A stretch of 64,000 nt of DNA from a virus (Duplodnaviria > Heunggongvirae > Uroviricota > Caudoviricetes): IMG/VR virus record IMGVR_UViG_3300023174_000034; one strand, 5' to 3'. The translations under genes and the position numbers were made by a program. The notes under the pieces were generated by a model, which saw only the letters and a program-made list of their open reading frames with translations, did no database searches and was not told where the DNA came from. Numbering within the stretch: the first letter of the stretch is position 1; every line of letters begins with the position of its first letter. This document shows, one piece after another, positions 18,924 to 29,126 of this stretch.

Positions 18924-21224
18924 ATGATACAAGCCAATCCTGAGATCGAACTAATTATCGCCGCCGCAGGCGATAATGCCAAACGTTACAAGCATGAGTA
19001 CGTGACGCTAGAACATCTTCTATACGCCATACTCAACTACAAACCATTTGGAGATCTACTTAGAAGTTTTGGCACCAACGTTGATCAAATGCTCGACGAT
19101 GTGGACCAGTACAACAATCGCCCAGACGCAGGTAATGCCATCGACGATGATGAACACCAGCCAAAGAAAACACATGCACTGGAACGTGTGTTCAACCGTG
19201 CGCTAACACAAGTTTTATTTTCCGGACGCAATCACATGCAGGTCATGGATCTGTTCCTGAGCCTGACTGGAGAAAGCAACAGTCATGCTGGTTACTTCAT
19301 CACACGCTACGGTATTGACCGTGCCAAGTTTATCGAATACTACAACGAAAACTACAAAGAAGGTTCTAGTCGCAAGAATGCTACCAAGCAACGTGCAACA
19401 GAAGTACTCAAAGAATACTGTGAAGACTTGAACGAAGAAGCCAAGCAAGGCAAGATTGATCCTGTTATTGGACGTGAGCACGAACTAGAAGAAATCAGTC
19501 ATGTGCTGGCCAAGCGCAACAAGAGCAACATCCTCATGGTTGGTGATGCTGGTGTGGGCAAGACTGCCATTGCAGAAGGACTTGCCAAGAAGATCGTGGA
19601 CGGCGATGTGCCAGACTACTTGCGTGACTACACTGTGTTTAACTTAGACATCGGCTCATTGCTGGCCGGTAGCAAGTACCGCGGTGAGTTTGAAGAAAAA
19701 CTTAAGGACGTTATCAAAGCATTGAACGTTCGTGGCAAGGCCATTTTGTTCATTGACGAAGCACACCAGATGCGTGGTGCCGGCAGTGGCAGTGGTAGCA
19801 ACGTTGACTTCGCTAACATGATCAAGCCTGCCCTGACCAAGGGCCGCATTAAAGTTATTGCGTCAACCACATGGGAAGAATACACACAATCATTTGAAAA
19901 AGATCGTGCGCTCATGCGCCGATTCTATAGGCTTACCGTTGATGAGCCCACCCCTGCTGTTGCTAAAGATATCTTGCGTGGACTGCGTGTTCACTTTGAA
20001 GAGTTTCACGGTGGCGTGATTGATGACTCTGCGATTGAAGCCGCAGTTGATCTAAGTGTACGCTATCAAACAGACAAGAAGTTGCCAGACAAGGCAATTG
20101 ACTTGATTGATACTGCTTGTGCAAAAACCAAACTGTATCAAACCAATTGGACTGTGAGTCGCCGTAACATCATTGATTCACTGAGCAAGTTTACCAAGAT
20201 TCCTGTTGAACAATTGAGCAGTGAAGCTGATGGAGATACCAGTACGATACAAAATCTAGAACCCAAAATCAAGACTCGTTTATTCGGACAAGACTCTGCT
20301 ATTGAAACTGTACTAGAAAAAATCTATGTCAGTCGTGCAGGATTGAAAGCATTGAACAAACCAGTTGGTAGCTTTTTGTTCTTGGGCCCAACAGGCACAG
20401 GTAAAACTGAACTTGCCAAACTGCTAGCAGAAAACCTGGGCATGAAGATGCTACGCTATGACATGAGCGAGTATCAAGAAAAGCACAGTGTAGCCAAGCT
20501 GATTGGTGCGCCTCCTGGATATGTTGGCTATGACGACAGCAACCTAGGTGGTGGCTTGCTGATTAGTGATATTGAAAAAAATCCCAACTGTGTTATTTTG
20601 TTTGATGAGATTGAAAAGGCTCACCCAGACGTTAGCAATATTTTGCTGACTGTGATGGACGAAGGTATTATCACAGCCAGCAACGGTAAGAAAGCAGACT
20701 GTCGCAACGCTATCTTGATCATGACATCCAACCTGGGTGCCGCAGATAACGAACGCAACAACATTGGTTTTGGCCGTGAATTACAAAAGACCGACGAAGA
20801 CGACAAAGCCGTCAAGGACTTTTTCAAGCCAGAATTCCGCAACCGTCTGGATGCAATTTGTAAATTCGCAAAACTAGAAAAGTCTAGTATGCGTATGATC
20901 GTCAGCAAGTTTGTGATTGAAATGAATGACTTGCTGGGCGAAAAAGGTGTACGAGTCAAACTAACTGACACAGCAATTGACCATATCATTGATCAAGGAT
21001 TTGATCCCAAGATGGGTGCTAGACCACTGGGACGCAAGATCAATGATCTGGTCAAAGTTCCGCTGAGTAAGAAGATTTTGTTTGAGCGTCTTGCCCCCAA
21101 CACTACTGTTACTGTTGATTATCGTGATAGCAAGCTAGAATTTGATATCGCAGACACGCAACTTAACGTAGTACCATCGATTGATAGTAATGGATATATT
21201 GTTCTGGACGGCGTTAAATCCTGA
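18924..21224 (+). CDS. clpA: ClpA-like Hsp100 ATPase
   Basis: Two AAA modules (GVGKT/FIDE, GTGKT/FDEIEKAH), IGF loop, no ClpB middle domain. Confidence 0.9.
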   Translation: MIQANPEIELIIAAAGDNAKRYKHEYVTLEHLLYAILNYKPFGDLLRSFGTNVDQMLDDVDQYNNRPDAGNAIDDDEHQPKKTHALERVFNRALTQVLFSGRNHMQVMDLFLSLTGESNSHAGYFITRYGIDRAKFIEYYNENYKEGSSRKNATKQRATEVLKEYCEDLNEEAKQGKIDPVIGREHELEEISHVLAKRNKSNILMVGDAGVGKTAIAEGLAKKIVDGDVPDYLRDYTVFNLDIGSLLAGSKYRGEFEEKLKDVIKALNVRGKAILFIDEAHQMRGAGSGSGSNVDFANMIKPALTKGRIKVIASTTWEEYTQSFEKDRALMRRFYRLTVDEPTPAVAKDILRGLRVHFEEFHGGVIDDSAIEAAVDLSVRYQTDKKLPDKAIDLIDTACAKTKLYQTNWTVSRRNIIDSLSKFTKIPVEQLSSEADGDTSTIQNLEPKIKTRLFGQDSAIETVLEKIYVSRAGLKALNKPVGSFLFLGPTGTGKTELAKLLAENLGMKMLRYDMSEYQEKHSVAKLIGAPPGYVGYDDSNLGGGLLISDIEKNPNCVILFDEIEKAHPDVSNILLTVMDEGIITASNGKKADCRNAILIMTSNLGAADNERNNIGFGRELQKTDEDDKAVKDFFKPEFRNRLDAICKFAKLEKSSMRMIVSKFVIEMNDLLGEKGVRVKLTDTAIDHIIDQGFDPKMGARPLGRKINDLVKVPLSKKILFERLAPNTTVTVDYRDSKLEFDIADTQLNVVPSIDSNGYIVLDGVKS

Positions 21225-21927
21225 GATCAAGCAACTAGAGACCGTCAAGGTCATGCATCGTCACTTCCTTCACAGGCTGGCGATACATGCACCTGGCGCT
21301 AGTATGCTACGTCATGACGGTGACATTGATCAACTGGTTGAAAAGCGCAACAACGTGTATAACTATGGTGGTAGTTGGCATAGGAAAACAATGACTTCTG
21401 AAAATATAGACTTTCTTAAATTTGTTAAATCTCATATCCAGGATCATGAAACCGTTGCACCGCGCACACCAATGATCACTGGCGATATACGTATGCGTAT
21501 TGAAGATCCCACAATACAGTTTTATTCTCGTAGCGACATTGCACTCAGGGCCTTGGCTAACAATCTGCGATGGAAAGACAACAGGCATTTTGTTAGTATC
21601 ATGTCTCCAGCCAGTGCATCCAATGAAAAATTTCTACTTGATGGATTTATTTTACGTAAAAAAGAAATTGAATGGCCTTACCGATTGATATTTCGTGATG
21701 GTCGGTACAGTTCCGAAACCAAACAACAACTGCTAAATTATCTCACCGCACTAGGGGATCAAGTTCGAGTTCCAAAAGGACTGACTGAACAATTATCCAA
21801 AGGCGGATGGATTTGGGGAGGGTATGTATATGTACACGATCCACAGTTACGAGCAGTGCTGACCTTGATTGAGCCCAGGTTAGTTTCTAAGATAGAAGAA
21901 TTTAAGTCACTTGCAACGGATGAATAA
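21190..21927 (+). CDS. Hypothetical protein
   Basis: ~245-aa ORF. Confidence 0.6.
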   Translation: MDILFWTALNPEIKQLETVKVMHRHFLHRLAIHAPGASMLRHDGDIDQLVEKRNNVYNYGGSWHRKTMTSENIDFLKFVKSHIQDHETVAPRTPMITGDIRMRIEDPTIQFYSRSDIALRALANNLRWKDNRHFVSIMSPASASNEKFLLDGFILRKKEIEWPYRLIFRDGRYSSETKQQLLNYLTALGDQVRVPKGLTEQLSKGGWIWGGYVYVHDPQLRAVLTLIEPRLVSKIEEFKSLATDE

Positions 21928-21953
21928 ATACTACTATTATTCCGGAGGCAATC

Positions 21954-22121
21954 ATGGCCAAAATACACGAAGAGATTGTTGTAATTAAATTGAGCAAACT
22001 TGTAAAAGATAAAGACAGCGGCGAACAGTACATTGCCAGCGACGAGCTATGCGAAAGTCTTCAGTCAGTGATTGAAGAACTAGCAGGCGCAGGCGTTGTG
22101 GTAGAAGTTGAACGAGCCTGA
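21954..22121 (+). CDS. Small hypothetical protein (55 aa, not in ORF track)
   Basis: TAAATA, GGAGG SD; MAKIHEEIVVIKLSKLVKD...VVVEVERA. Confidence 0.7.
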   Translation: MAKIHEEIVVIKLSKLVKDKDSGEQYIASDELCESLQSVIEELAGAGVVVEVERA

Positions 22122-22180
22122 ATTTCTACCAGCTGAACTGTTAGAATTAAATACTTAAACTGATTTCAAAGAGGACCTAA

Positions 22181-23122
22181 ATGTCAGATCAAAACACACC
22201 CCGTAAGGGCAAAAAAATCGTTATTCCTGGCCCAGCCACCGGGGCACAGCCAGCATTTACACCAGGCACAAGTGGTCCTAACCAGACACCAATGGCTGCA
22301 CAAGAACAACGCCGGGTACTAGACGAAATTGCTAGAGTTCAGCAAAATCAAACTGTTGCTGGGCAAATTCCACAAGGTCAACAATATGACTTTAGCAAGG
22401 TACACTTGCACATTGGCATTCCCTGCTACGGCGGCATGGTGTCAGAGCCAACCATGACCAGCTTCTTGCGTTTTGTGCTACTGGCACAGCAATGCGGATT
22501 AAACTGGAGCCTGGACACAATGGTCAACGAATCATTGATTCCACGTGGGCGCAACAACTTGATGGCAAAGATGATGACAAATCAAAATGCCACTCACTTC
22601 ATGTTCATTGACGCTGACATTCGTTTCCAGCCAGAAAGCATCATGCAAATGATTGCATACGACAAAGAAGTCATTGGTGGCTTGTATCCCAAGAAAGCCC
22701 TGCCAATCAACTATGTTATTAACTTGAAGCCACAGGTTACTGTGCAAGGTGATATCTACACAGTTGATACCATGGGCACAGGTTTCTTGTTGTTCAAGCG
22801 CAGTGTGTACGAAAAACTAATCCAAGCTCACCCAGAGACCAAGTATGTGGATGACATTGGACTAGGCAAGCAGTACGAACCCATGATGTATGCTATTTTT
22901 GATTGCATGATTGATCACCGCGGTCACTACCTGAGCGAGGACTGGACATTCTGCCGTCGCTGGCAAGCACTAGGTGGCGACATCTGGGCACACAGCAAGA
23001 CACTGTTGAATCACGTGGGCCACTACGAGTTCATGGGCGATGTCAGCAAGTTGGACATCAACACAATGGCTCAACAAGCACACGCCGCTACCAATCCAAC
23101 AGCCTCTGAAGTCAAAGCCTGA
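22181..23122 (+). CDS. GT-A fold glycosyltransferase
   Basis: IGIPCYGG, FMFIDADI (DxD), GTGFLL, YLSEDW. Confidence 0.8.
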   Translation: MSDQNTPRKGKKIVIPGPATGAQPAFTPGTSGPNQTPMAAQEQRRVLDEIARVQQNQTVAGQIPQGQQYDFSKVHLHIGIPCYGGMVSEPTMTSFLRFVLLAQQCGLNWSLDTMVNESLIPRGRNNLMAKMMTNQNATHFMFIDADIRFQPESIMQMIAYDKEVIGGLYPKKALPINYVINLKPQVTVQGDIYTVDTMGTGFLLFKRSVYEKLIQAHPETKYVDDIGLGKQYEPMMYAIFDCMIDHRGHYLSEDWTFCRRWQALGGDIWAHSKTLLNHVGHYEFMGDVSKLDINTMAQQAHAATNPTASEVKA

Positions 23123-23129
23123 GGTACCA

Positions 23130-23648
23130 ATGGATCAAGACATTGAAAATCTTGATTTTGAAGTAACACTCAGTGGAACTTATTGGGGTACTCGCTACCC
23201 CGAGTTTGATATCCTAGTAGATGATACGGTTGTCAACAGCGACCGTATCACTGCTAGTCCAAGCAAAAAAGGCCTGCTACACGACGACTTCATGAGTTCA
23301 GGGCGTGAACAAGCCACATACCAAACTGTTAAATTTACACATGCTGTTGCTCCTGGAGATCATGTGCTGGGCATACGTTTCAAGAACAAGCAGCCAGGTG
23401 ATACCTGTGAGTTTGTTGACGGACAATGGCGTAAAGATGTACTGCTAACGGTTGAAAAGATAGTGATTGATGGTGTGGATTTGCGTTCACTCATATACAA
23501 TGAAAGCACATACACCCTTGATCAAGAACAAACCGTAGACGGTGTTACAACACGCACCTTGGAAAACTGCATACACCTGGGATTTAACGGGGTGTATGAG
23601 CTTAAATTCATCAGTCCATTCTATATTTGGCTTCTTGAACGTCTTTAA
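23130..23648 (+). CDS. Hypothetical protein
   Basis: GAGG SD; LGFNG...F.SP.YIWLLE. Confidence 0.6.
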   Translation: MDQDIENLDFEVTLSGTYWGTRYPEFDILVDDTVVNSDRITASPSKKGLLHDDFMSSGREQATYQTVKFTHAVAPGDHVLGIRFKNKQPGDTCEFVDGQWRKDVLLTVEKIVIDGVDLRSLIYNESTYTLDQEQTVDGVTTRTLENCIHLGFNGVYELKFISPFYIWLLERL

Positions 23649-23696
23649 GCCAAACTATAAAACAGCATAAATAAGTGATCTAGGGTAAGATCACAC

Positions 23697-26600
23697 ATGT
23701 TTATACAGCAATTATTTGAAGACAGCGCAAAGCGGATAATCGTCACATATCCCGGACGCTTCCAGCCTTTCCACAAAGGTCATGCAGAAGTTTTTGCTAA
23801 TCTACAACGCCAATTTGGCAGTGAAAATGTATTCATTGTGACCGGCAACAAAACTGACGCAGTCAAAAGTCCATTTAATTTCAGTGACAAGGTTCGCTTC
23901 ATGCATGCCATGGGCATACCAAATCATCAGATCATCGAAACAGACAAAGTATACGACCTCCCTGGTCGCTTTGAGCCTGTGCGTGATCAAGTGGTTTTTA
24001 TCACTGTGGTCGGTGCACCAGATGCTAGCCGACTGAACCCCGGTGCTACCAAAAAAGACGGCAGTCAAAGCTACTTCCAAAACATTCCCCAAAGTAAAAA
24101 TGAATTCGAAACAGCTGATAAACACGGCTATGTTATTGTAGAACCAGAGCATCCAGAAACTATTGTTCTTGGTGGTAGAAGATATGATGTCAGCCACGGT
24201 ACTCCCACTCGCGAGTTATGGAATACTATTCGCGACAACCCAGGACAGCGTAGTGAGTTTGTGACTCAACTGTATGGTCGCGCAGACAGCGACCTTGCCA
24301 ACACACTAGATAAAATTCCTACCGGTGCCGCGCCTGCACCAGAACCAGCTAAAAAAATGAAAAATGTTAAAAAAGATCTCACAAAAGTACAACATGATCC
24401 CAATGCTGAACAACCAGTTGCTGAAGCAGGCAACCGTGGATACAATCATGGTTTTGCAAGTCCAACCGCACCCAGCCTAGGCGGGCTGCGCCGCAGAGAA
24501 GATGACGAATATCATGTGCCGGATCCTGCTCCGTCAATCTGGTACATACGTGCCGATGGCAAGATCATCAAAGACAAAATGGGCACACCATTCCAGTTCC
24601 GTGATAAAGAAGCCGCACGTAAGTCTGCAATGACCATGATGGCCAAGCCTTTTAACGCTGGCAAGAAGTTTGTGCTGACTACCAAGCCCGAGGACGAAGC
24701 ACCTGTTACGGAAGGTACTGGTCCGGCCACGCACCGCATTGGACTTACAGTAACAGATCCCAATCATCCAATGGTGAGCAAGCGCGGCGATACGTATCAC
24801 AAGACAGTTCGTATCACACAGAATGTGTCTGATCGTGAAGCAGCCATTAACCAAGCTATTGCACACTATCGACGCAAGGGCTACAAGGTACACGACCATC
24901 ACTATATTGGCACAGTAGACGACGAGCCAATCAATGAGCTAAGTCCAAAGACTCTTGGCAGTTATGCAAAGAAAGCAGCCATTGATGCCAAGTTCCTAGG
25001 ACATCAAGCTGGCGCACAACAAGGTGATGCAATGGCACATGCCAAGCGTCCAGGTGACGGTGCCGATGCAGGAGTTGACTTGGACGACCGAGCACACAAG
25101 CGCCTTAAAGGTGTTAACCGTGCAGTGGACAAACTAAGCGGGGTCAACGAATTTGCGCCACCCGGTGGAGATGATGGCAATGATGGATTCAGTGATGACA
25201 CACTCAAGCGCATGGCCGCACAATGGTATCAAGGTGACGAAGATCCTAGAGTAGAAAAAACACTTGCGGCCGCAGGTTGGGAAATTGGGCAAGACGAAGG
25301 CTATGATGATGAGCCCGGCGTGTTTGTAGTACAAGCAGGCGACGTAAATGGCAACAGCTATATGAGCTGGCCAGCACACGAATTGCAAGGTTTGTCGGAA
25401 GGCACAGAACTAAAACAAGCCAAACGCAAGTATAACCAAGCTGCCAAAGATGCTAACTTGGACCAAGTGGGTGCAGGCAAGAAGATTGACACAATGAAAA
25501 ACAGTCTGCGTCAACGAGATCTAAACAAGCAAGACATGACTGAAAGCATGGCTGGCAAGGTTGTGTTCTCTGGCACTGGTGACGATGGCAGCACGTATGA
25601 AATCATCCAATCTGGGGATGGTTTCATGATCCACGCCAACGGTAAGCACATTGACACTTATGGTAGTCTACAGCGAGCCATGAGTGTGCTCAAAAATGAA
25701 GTGCCAGGATTGCAGCCAGGTGTGGCAAAAGGCTTGAATGAATTTGCACCACCTGATGACGATGACGACTATGATGATGACGAGGAGGAGGATGACTTCC
25801 CGGAGATGTTTGAGGCGCCATTTACTGTTAAAGTTAACGGTAGAAAACAAACTGGCACAGTGACATTTATGCAATCAGAACCATCTAGCACGGCAATATG
25901 GGATCTCAAAGGCACACGCTATATCAAATTTGGTATGGATAAAGCACACGATCCCAGTGACTTTGTTACACATGCGGCAGAATACATTCAAGAAATCATC
26001 CGATTGGATGGCCGCGGTCATCATCGCGTTCTGCGTCCAAAAAATCGTCAAGGTGGAATGAACAATGATGTTCAAATTGGTGAAGGTGTAGCGGAAGGCT
26101 CGGAATTGAAACAAGCCAAACGCAAATATAACCAGGCTGCTAAAGATGCCAACACCGACCAAGTGGGTGCAGGCAAAACTATCGATAACATGAAAAAAGG
26201 TCTGCGTCAAAAAGACGTAGACAATAAAAAACAAGATATAAACGAAAACGCAGAAGAACTAAACGTGGGTGATCCTGTTATCATCTCAGGTCGAGGCATT
26301 GAGTTCGAAGGCAAGACAGGAGACATTGACAGCTTTGGTGACATGAAACGTTTTGTAGTTGTGAACTTGTACAATCACGGCAAACACAGTTTCCATTCCA
26401 GCGACGTCAGCTACAATGACTATGCCGATCAGGAAGATGATCTAGACGAAGACCTTTATCAATACAACAAAGAAGATCCATACAACAGCGAGTTTGCTCC
26501 TAGAGCAGGCATGGGCCGCATGACCTTGCGTGGCTGGAAACAACAGATGATCCGACGCACAGCAGAGCTGGCACAACAAATGGCCGCTGCCGGACAAGAC

Positions 26601-26750
26601 ATTGACAAAAGCGCACTCTGGGACAATGTACATGCCAAATTAAAAAGCATGAACATGGATCCTATTGCACAAGAAATTGAACAAGCACAAGCAGAACTAG
26701 AAAAGATTCGCCAGCGTGGCGGTGTGCGTAGCAGGGCATTTAACAAGTGA
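23697..26750 (+). CDS. Large modular (likely virion) protein with N-terminal cytidylyltransferase-like HxGH domain
   Basis: YPGRFQPFHKGH; repeated hydrophobic-x-E linkers; internal duplication; TAAATA upstream. Confidence 0.75.
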   Translation: MFIQQLFEDSAKRIIVTYPGRFQPFHKGHAEVFANLQRQFGSENVFIVTGNKTDAVKSPFNFSDKVRFMHAMGIPNHQIIETDKVYDLPGRFEPVRDQVVFITVVGAPDASRLNPGATKKDGSQSYFQNIPQSKNEFETADKHGYVIVEPEHPETIVLGGRRYDVSHGTPTRELWNTIRDNPGQRSEFVTQLYGRADSDLANTLDKIPTGAAPAPEPAKKMKNVKKDLTKVQHDPNAEQPVAEAGNRGYNHGFASPTAPSLGGLRRREDDEYHVPDPAPSIWYIRADGKIIKDKMGTPFQFRDKEAARKSAMTMMAKPFNAGKKFVLTTKPEDEAPVTEGTGPATHRIGLTVTDPNHPMVSKRGDTYHKTVRITQNVSDREAAINQAIAHYRRKGYKVHDHHYIGTVDDEPINELSPKTLGSYAKKAAIDAKFLGHQAGAQQGDAMAHAKRPGDGADAGVDLDDRAHKRLKGVNRAVDKLSGVNEFAPPGGDDGNDGFSDDTLKRMAAQWYQGDEDPRVEKTLAAAGWEIGQDEGYDDEPGVFVVQAGDVNGNSYMSWPAHELQGLSEGTELKQAKRKYNQAAKDANLDQVGAGKKIDTMKNSLRQRDLNKQDMTESMAGKVVFSGTGDDGSTYEIIQSGDGFMIHANGKHIDTYGSLQRAMSVLKNEVPGLQPGVAKGLNEFAPPDDDDDYDDDEEEDDFPEMFEAPFTVKVNGRKQTGTVTFMQSEPSSTAIWDLKGTRYIKFGMDKAHDPSDFVTHAAEYIQEIIRLDGRGHHRVLRPKNRQGGMNNDVQIGEGVAEGSELKQAKRKYNQAAKDANTDQVGAGKTIDNMKKGLRQKDVDNKKQDINENAEELNVGDPVIISGRGIEFEGKTGDIDSFGDMKRFVVVNLYNHGKHSFHSSDVSYNDYADQEDDLDEDLYQYNKEDPYNSEFAPRAGMGRMTLRGWKQQMIRRTAELAQQMAAAGQDIDKSALWDNVHAKLKSMNMDPIAQEIEQAQAELEKIRQRGGVRSRAFNK
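25389..26250 (+). repeat. Two diverged copies (~160 bp) of one module
   Basis: ELKQAKRKYNQAAKDANxDQVGAGKxIDxMKxxLRQ at ~25389-25545 and ~26085-26250. Confidence 0.85.
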
Positions 26751-27073
26751 AGCATCGTGTGAGATTGGATTTTGAAGTTAGTTGGATGCTGAGTACATCT
26801 AAATTACTCGATGATCCAATGGGTCGGCAAATCAAACACCTGGGACGAGAACTGCCTTATCGTGTGTATTTGGTTCCAACAAACGAGCTACTGAGCGATC
26901 GTATGTTTGAATTATATGACCAGTACTATGTGCTAGAAACACATCATTTAGAACTGGACCCCGGGCAATGGACCATTGCTGTAGAAGATGTAACAGGATG
27001 GTTAGACTTAGAAATTAAAAATGTAAAATTAAACTCAGTTAGCATTCCAACTCCAGTTTTTACACTTGATTAA
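26747..27073 (+). CDS. Hypothetical protein
   Basis: GTGA overlap with upstream stop. Confidence 0.55.
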   Translation: MKHRVRLDFEVSWMLSTSKLLDDPMGRQIKHLGRELPYRVYLVPTNELLSDRMFELYDQYYVLETHHLELDPGQWTIAVEDVTGWLDLEIKNVKLNSVSIPTPVFTLD

Positions 27074-27093
27074 ATATAGTAAATGGAACAGAT

Positions 27094-27261
27094 ATGAAGA
27101 TTAGTGAAATTATTAAAAAGCCAGTTACCGAAACTAGTTCTAGCGGAGTCGCTAGTGCAATGGTGGGCGGCAACGGTAGCCCAAATGTAGGCACGTTGTT
27201 TGGCGGCAGCTTCAAACCAAAGACTCCGTTTACTGCTAAAAAGAAAGCTGGTAAAAAATGA
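27094..27261 (+). CDS. Small putative head protein (55 aa, not in ORF track)
   Basis: TAAATA upstream; MKISEIIKKPVTETSSSGVA. Confidence 0.65.
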   Translation: MKISEIIKKPVTETSSSGVASAMVGGNGSPNVGTLFGGSFKPKTPFTAKKKAGKK

Positions 27262-27938
27262 GTGACATGCGTAAGCTCTTAGAGAGCATGGACAAGTTCG
27301 CAGGGGAGCCAGAACAAAAGTCAGGCGACCAAGTGCGCGGCACAGACAACCCAAAGAAGTCGGGTAAGAAGCATGGCTTCGGTGATCGACTGGTCGGCGA
27401 GGATGTTGAACAATTTGCACAAGAGCTCATGCTAGAATATCGTATGTTTGTTGAACAGCCGCTTGTGGGCAATGTTGCACCAGGCAATCCAACCAGTCCT
27501 GTTGCCAACATCAACCCAGCAGGCCAAGGTACCGCAGTAACAAATCCACAGCTGGGTGCAGGACAAACAGGACAGGTAGGACAACAACCTGCTCAACAAC
27601 CTGCTCAAGCAGGACAACAACCTGCTCAACCCGGACAACAACCTGCTCAAGCAGGACAAACTACCAATCCCAACCAACAACAGCAAACACCTCAACAGCA
27701 GGCCGCACAGGACACAGTGGCCAAACAAGATTTAACTAGCAATCTAGGCAATCTAAAATCAATGAATCCAAACTTGAATGTGCCAAAAACTGTAGCGGCA
27801 CTACAAAAAGATCCAGCCACGTTGGGTGCGGCAGATGCACAGGCACTGGGCCAAATGGCCACCACTCTAGAACCAATTCTTCAAGACAAAGCGGCAGCTG
27901 GCTCATTGAAAAGCACAGTACAGAGATTGGTAAAATGA
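27258..27938 (+). CDS. Gln/Pro-rich putative virion protein
   Basis: MSDMRKLLES leader; GQQPAQ repeats. Confidence 0.7.
   Translation: MSDMRKLLESMDKFAGEPEQKSGDQVRGTDNPKKSGKKHGFGDRLVGEDVEQFAQELMLEYRMFVEQPLVGNVAPGNPTSPVANINPAGQGTAVTNPQLGAGQTGQVGQQPAQQPAQAGQQPAQPGQQPAQAGQTTNPNQQQQTPQQQAAQDTVAKQDLTSNLGNLKSMNPNLNVPKTVAALQKDPATLGAADAQALGQMATTLEPILQDKAAAGSLKSTVQRLVK
27579..27660 (+). repeat. Coding tandem repeat (GGA)CAACAACCTGCTCAA
   Basis: Four QQPAQ units. Confidence 0.8.
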
Positions 27939-27939
27939 C

Positions 27940-28107
27940 ATGTTTGTATACGAGTTGTTTGAATCTGCATTGCAGAACAAAAAAGATTATACTGCCAAGA
28001 GCAAAGCTCTGCAAGACTTGTCAATGAATAAAGATGTTGATCAGAAAGCTGTTCAACAACGTAAACTAGATTTAGAAAAAGAAGCAAAAACAAAGGGTAT
28101 TAAGTAA
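27940..28107 (+). CDS. Small putative head protein (55 aa, not in ORF track)
   Basis: MFVYELFESALQNKKDY...; fills gap, TAATG overlap with next gene. Confidence 0.65.
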   Translation: MFVYELFESALQNKKDYTAKSKALQDLSMNKDVDQKAVQQRKLDLEKEAKTKGIK

Positions 28108-29114
28108 TGATAGAACTTATTACTGCTATTACCACAGGTGGTGCAACAAACCGTATTATTATACCAGCTGGACTTAAAATGCCAGTGGTTGCATACATCT
28201 GGGGCGCCGGTGGGGGCGGTGGCGGGCGAGACGCTGGTGATGTTGGCGGCTTTGGCTCAGGCGGTGCTGGTTATAAAGTAACGTTCAACGCCAACGTGGG
28301 CGATATTGTTGACATTGCTGTTGGTACAGCAGGGCAACCTGGTGCCAGCAGTGCCAGCAGTGCCGCAGGCGGTGCAGGCGGAAGCGGATATGTTGATGGC
28401 AGCGGTAATAGATTTGGTGGCGGCCGTGGCGGTAATGCTGGGGCTCGTGGTAGTTCTGGTGGCGGTGGCGGTGGCGGTGGTGCAACTGTGATTGCGATCA
28501 ACGGTACTGTTGTTGCTGTGGCAGGCGGTGGTGCAGGTGGCGGTGGTGCTGGCAATCGAGGCACAACAACTGGAGACAGTGCGGGCAATACACCAACTGT
28601 GGTCGGAACAAATACCACAGGACAAAACGGTACAGACAAAACTGAAGACGGTGGCGGAGCAGGTGGTGGAGGTGGTGGCCGCTACGGCGGTAGTACACTG
28701 GGTGTTCGTAGTGGTGATACAGGTGGTTACGCTGGATCGCCTGGTCAAAGTTACAGAAACACAAGCGCAACGTTATCGGGCACTGAGACTCGTGCAGCCG
28801 GTGTTGCTCCAGCAGACCTAGATAGGTTCTCTGTTGGCCCAGCATATGCACAAGGTGGTGCAAGAGCAGATGCAGGAACAAACGGTTATGCTGTGTTGAT
28901 ATTTCAAAAATACAGTCTACCTTATCTCAAAGTAAGTGACGCTTGGCAAGCACTTCATCAAATGTATGCCAAAATAGGTGGTACGTGGAGGTCAGTAGAT
29001 ACAGTTTATGTAAAACAAAATGGCGCCTGGAAACTTCTAACTCAAGGGTCAGCACTTACCTCAACTGCATTATCGCCCGGAGTGAATTATGGATCAGGTG
29101 GCACACGCTCATAA
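28107..29114 (+). CDS. Glycine-rich structural/fibre protein
   Basis: WGAGGGGG and many poly-G runs; C-terminal YxKxxGxW repeats. Confidence 0.7.
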   Translation: MIELITAITTGGATNRIIIPAGLKMPVVAYIWGAGGGGGGRDAGDVGGFGSGGAGYKVTFNANVGDIVDIAVGTAGQPGASSASSAAGGAGGSGYVDGSGNRFGGGRGGNAGARGSSGGGGGGGGATVIAINGTVVAVAGGGAGGGGAGNRGTTTGDSAGNTPTVVGTNTTGQNGTDKTEDGGGAGGGGGGRYGGSTLGVRSGDTGGYAGSPGQSYRNTSATLSGTETRAAGVAPADLDRFSVGPAYAQGGARADAGTNGYAVLIFQKYSLPYLKVSDAWQALHQMYAKIGGTWRSVDTVYVKQNGAWKLLTQGSALTSTALSPGVNYGSGGTRS

Positions 29115-29126
29115 GGTAAATAGACA

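Noticed and set aside
18924-21224. ClpB
   Set aside because: No middle coiled-coil domain, and an IGF loop is present
25389-26250. Diversity-generating retroelement TR/VR pair
   Set aside because: Differences are not confined to adenines, both copies lie in one ORF, and no reverse transcriptase is seen
27579-27660. CRISPR-like repeats
   Set aside because: In-frame QQPAQ coding repeats with no unique spacers
28257-28881. Overlapping antisense/alternate-frame ORFs here and opposite dnaK, clpA and PolB
   Set aside because: Shadow ORFs from codon bias and Gly-rich sequence, without SD or recognisable motifs
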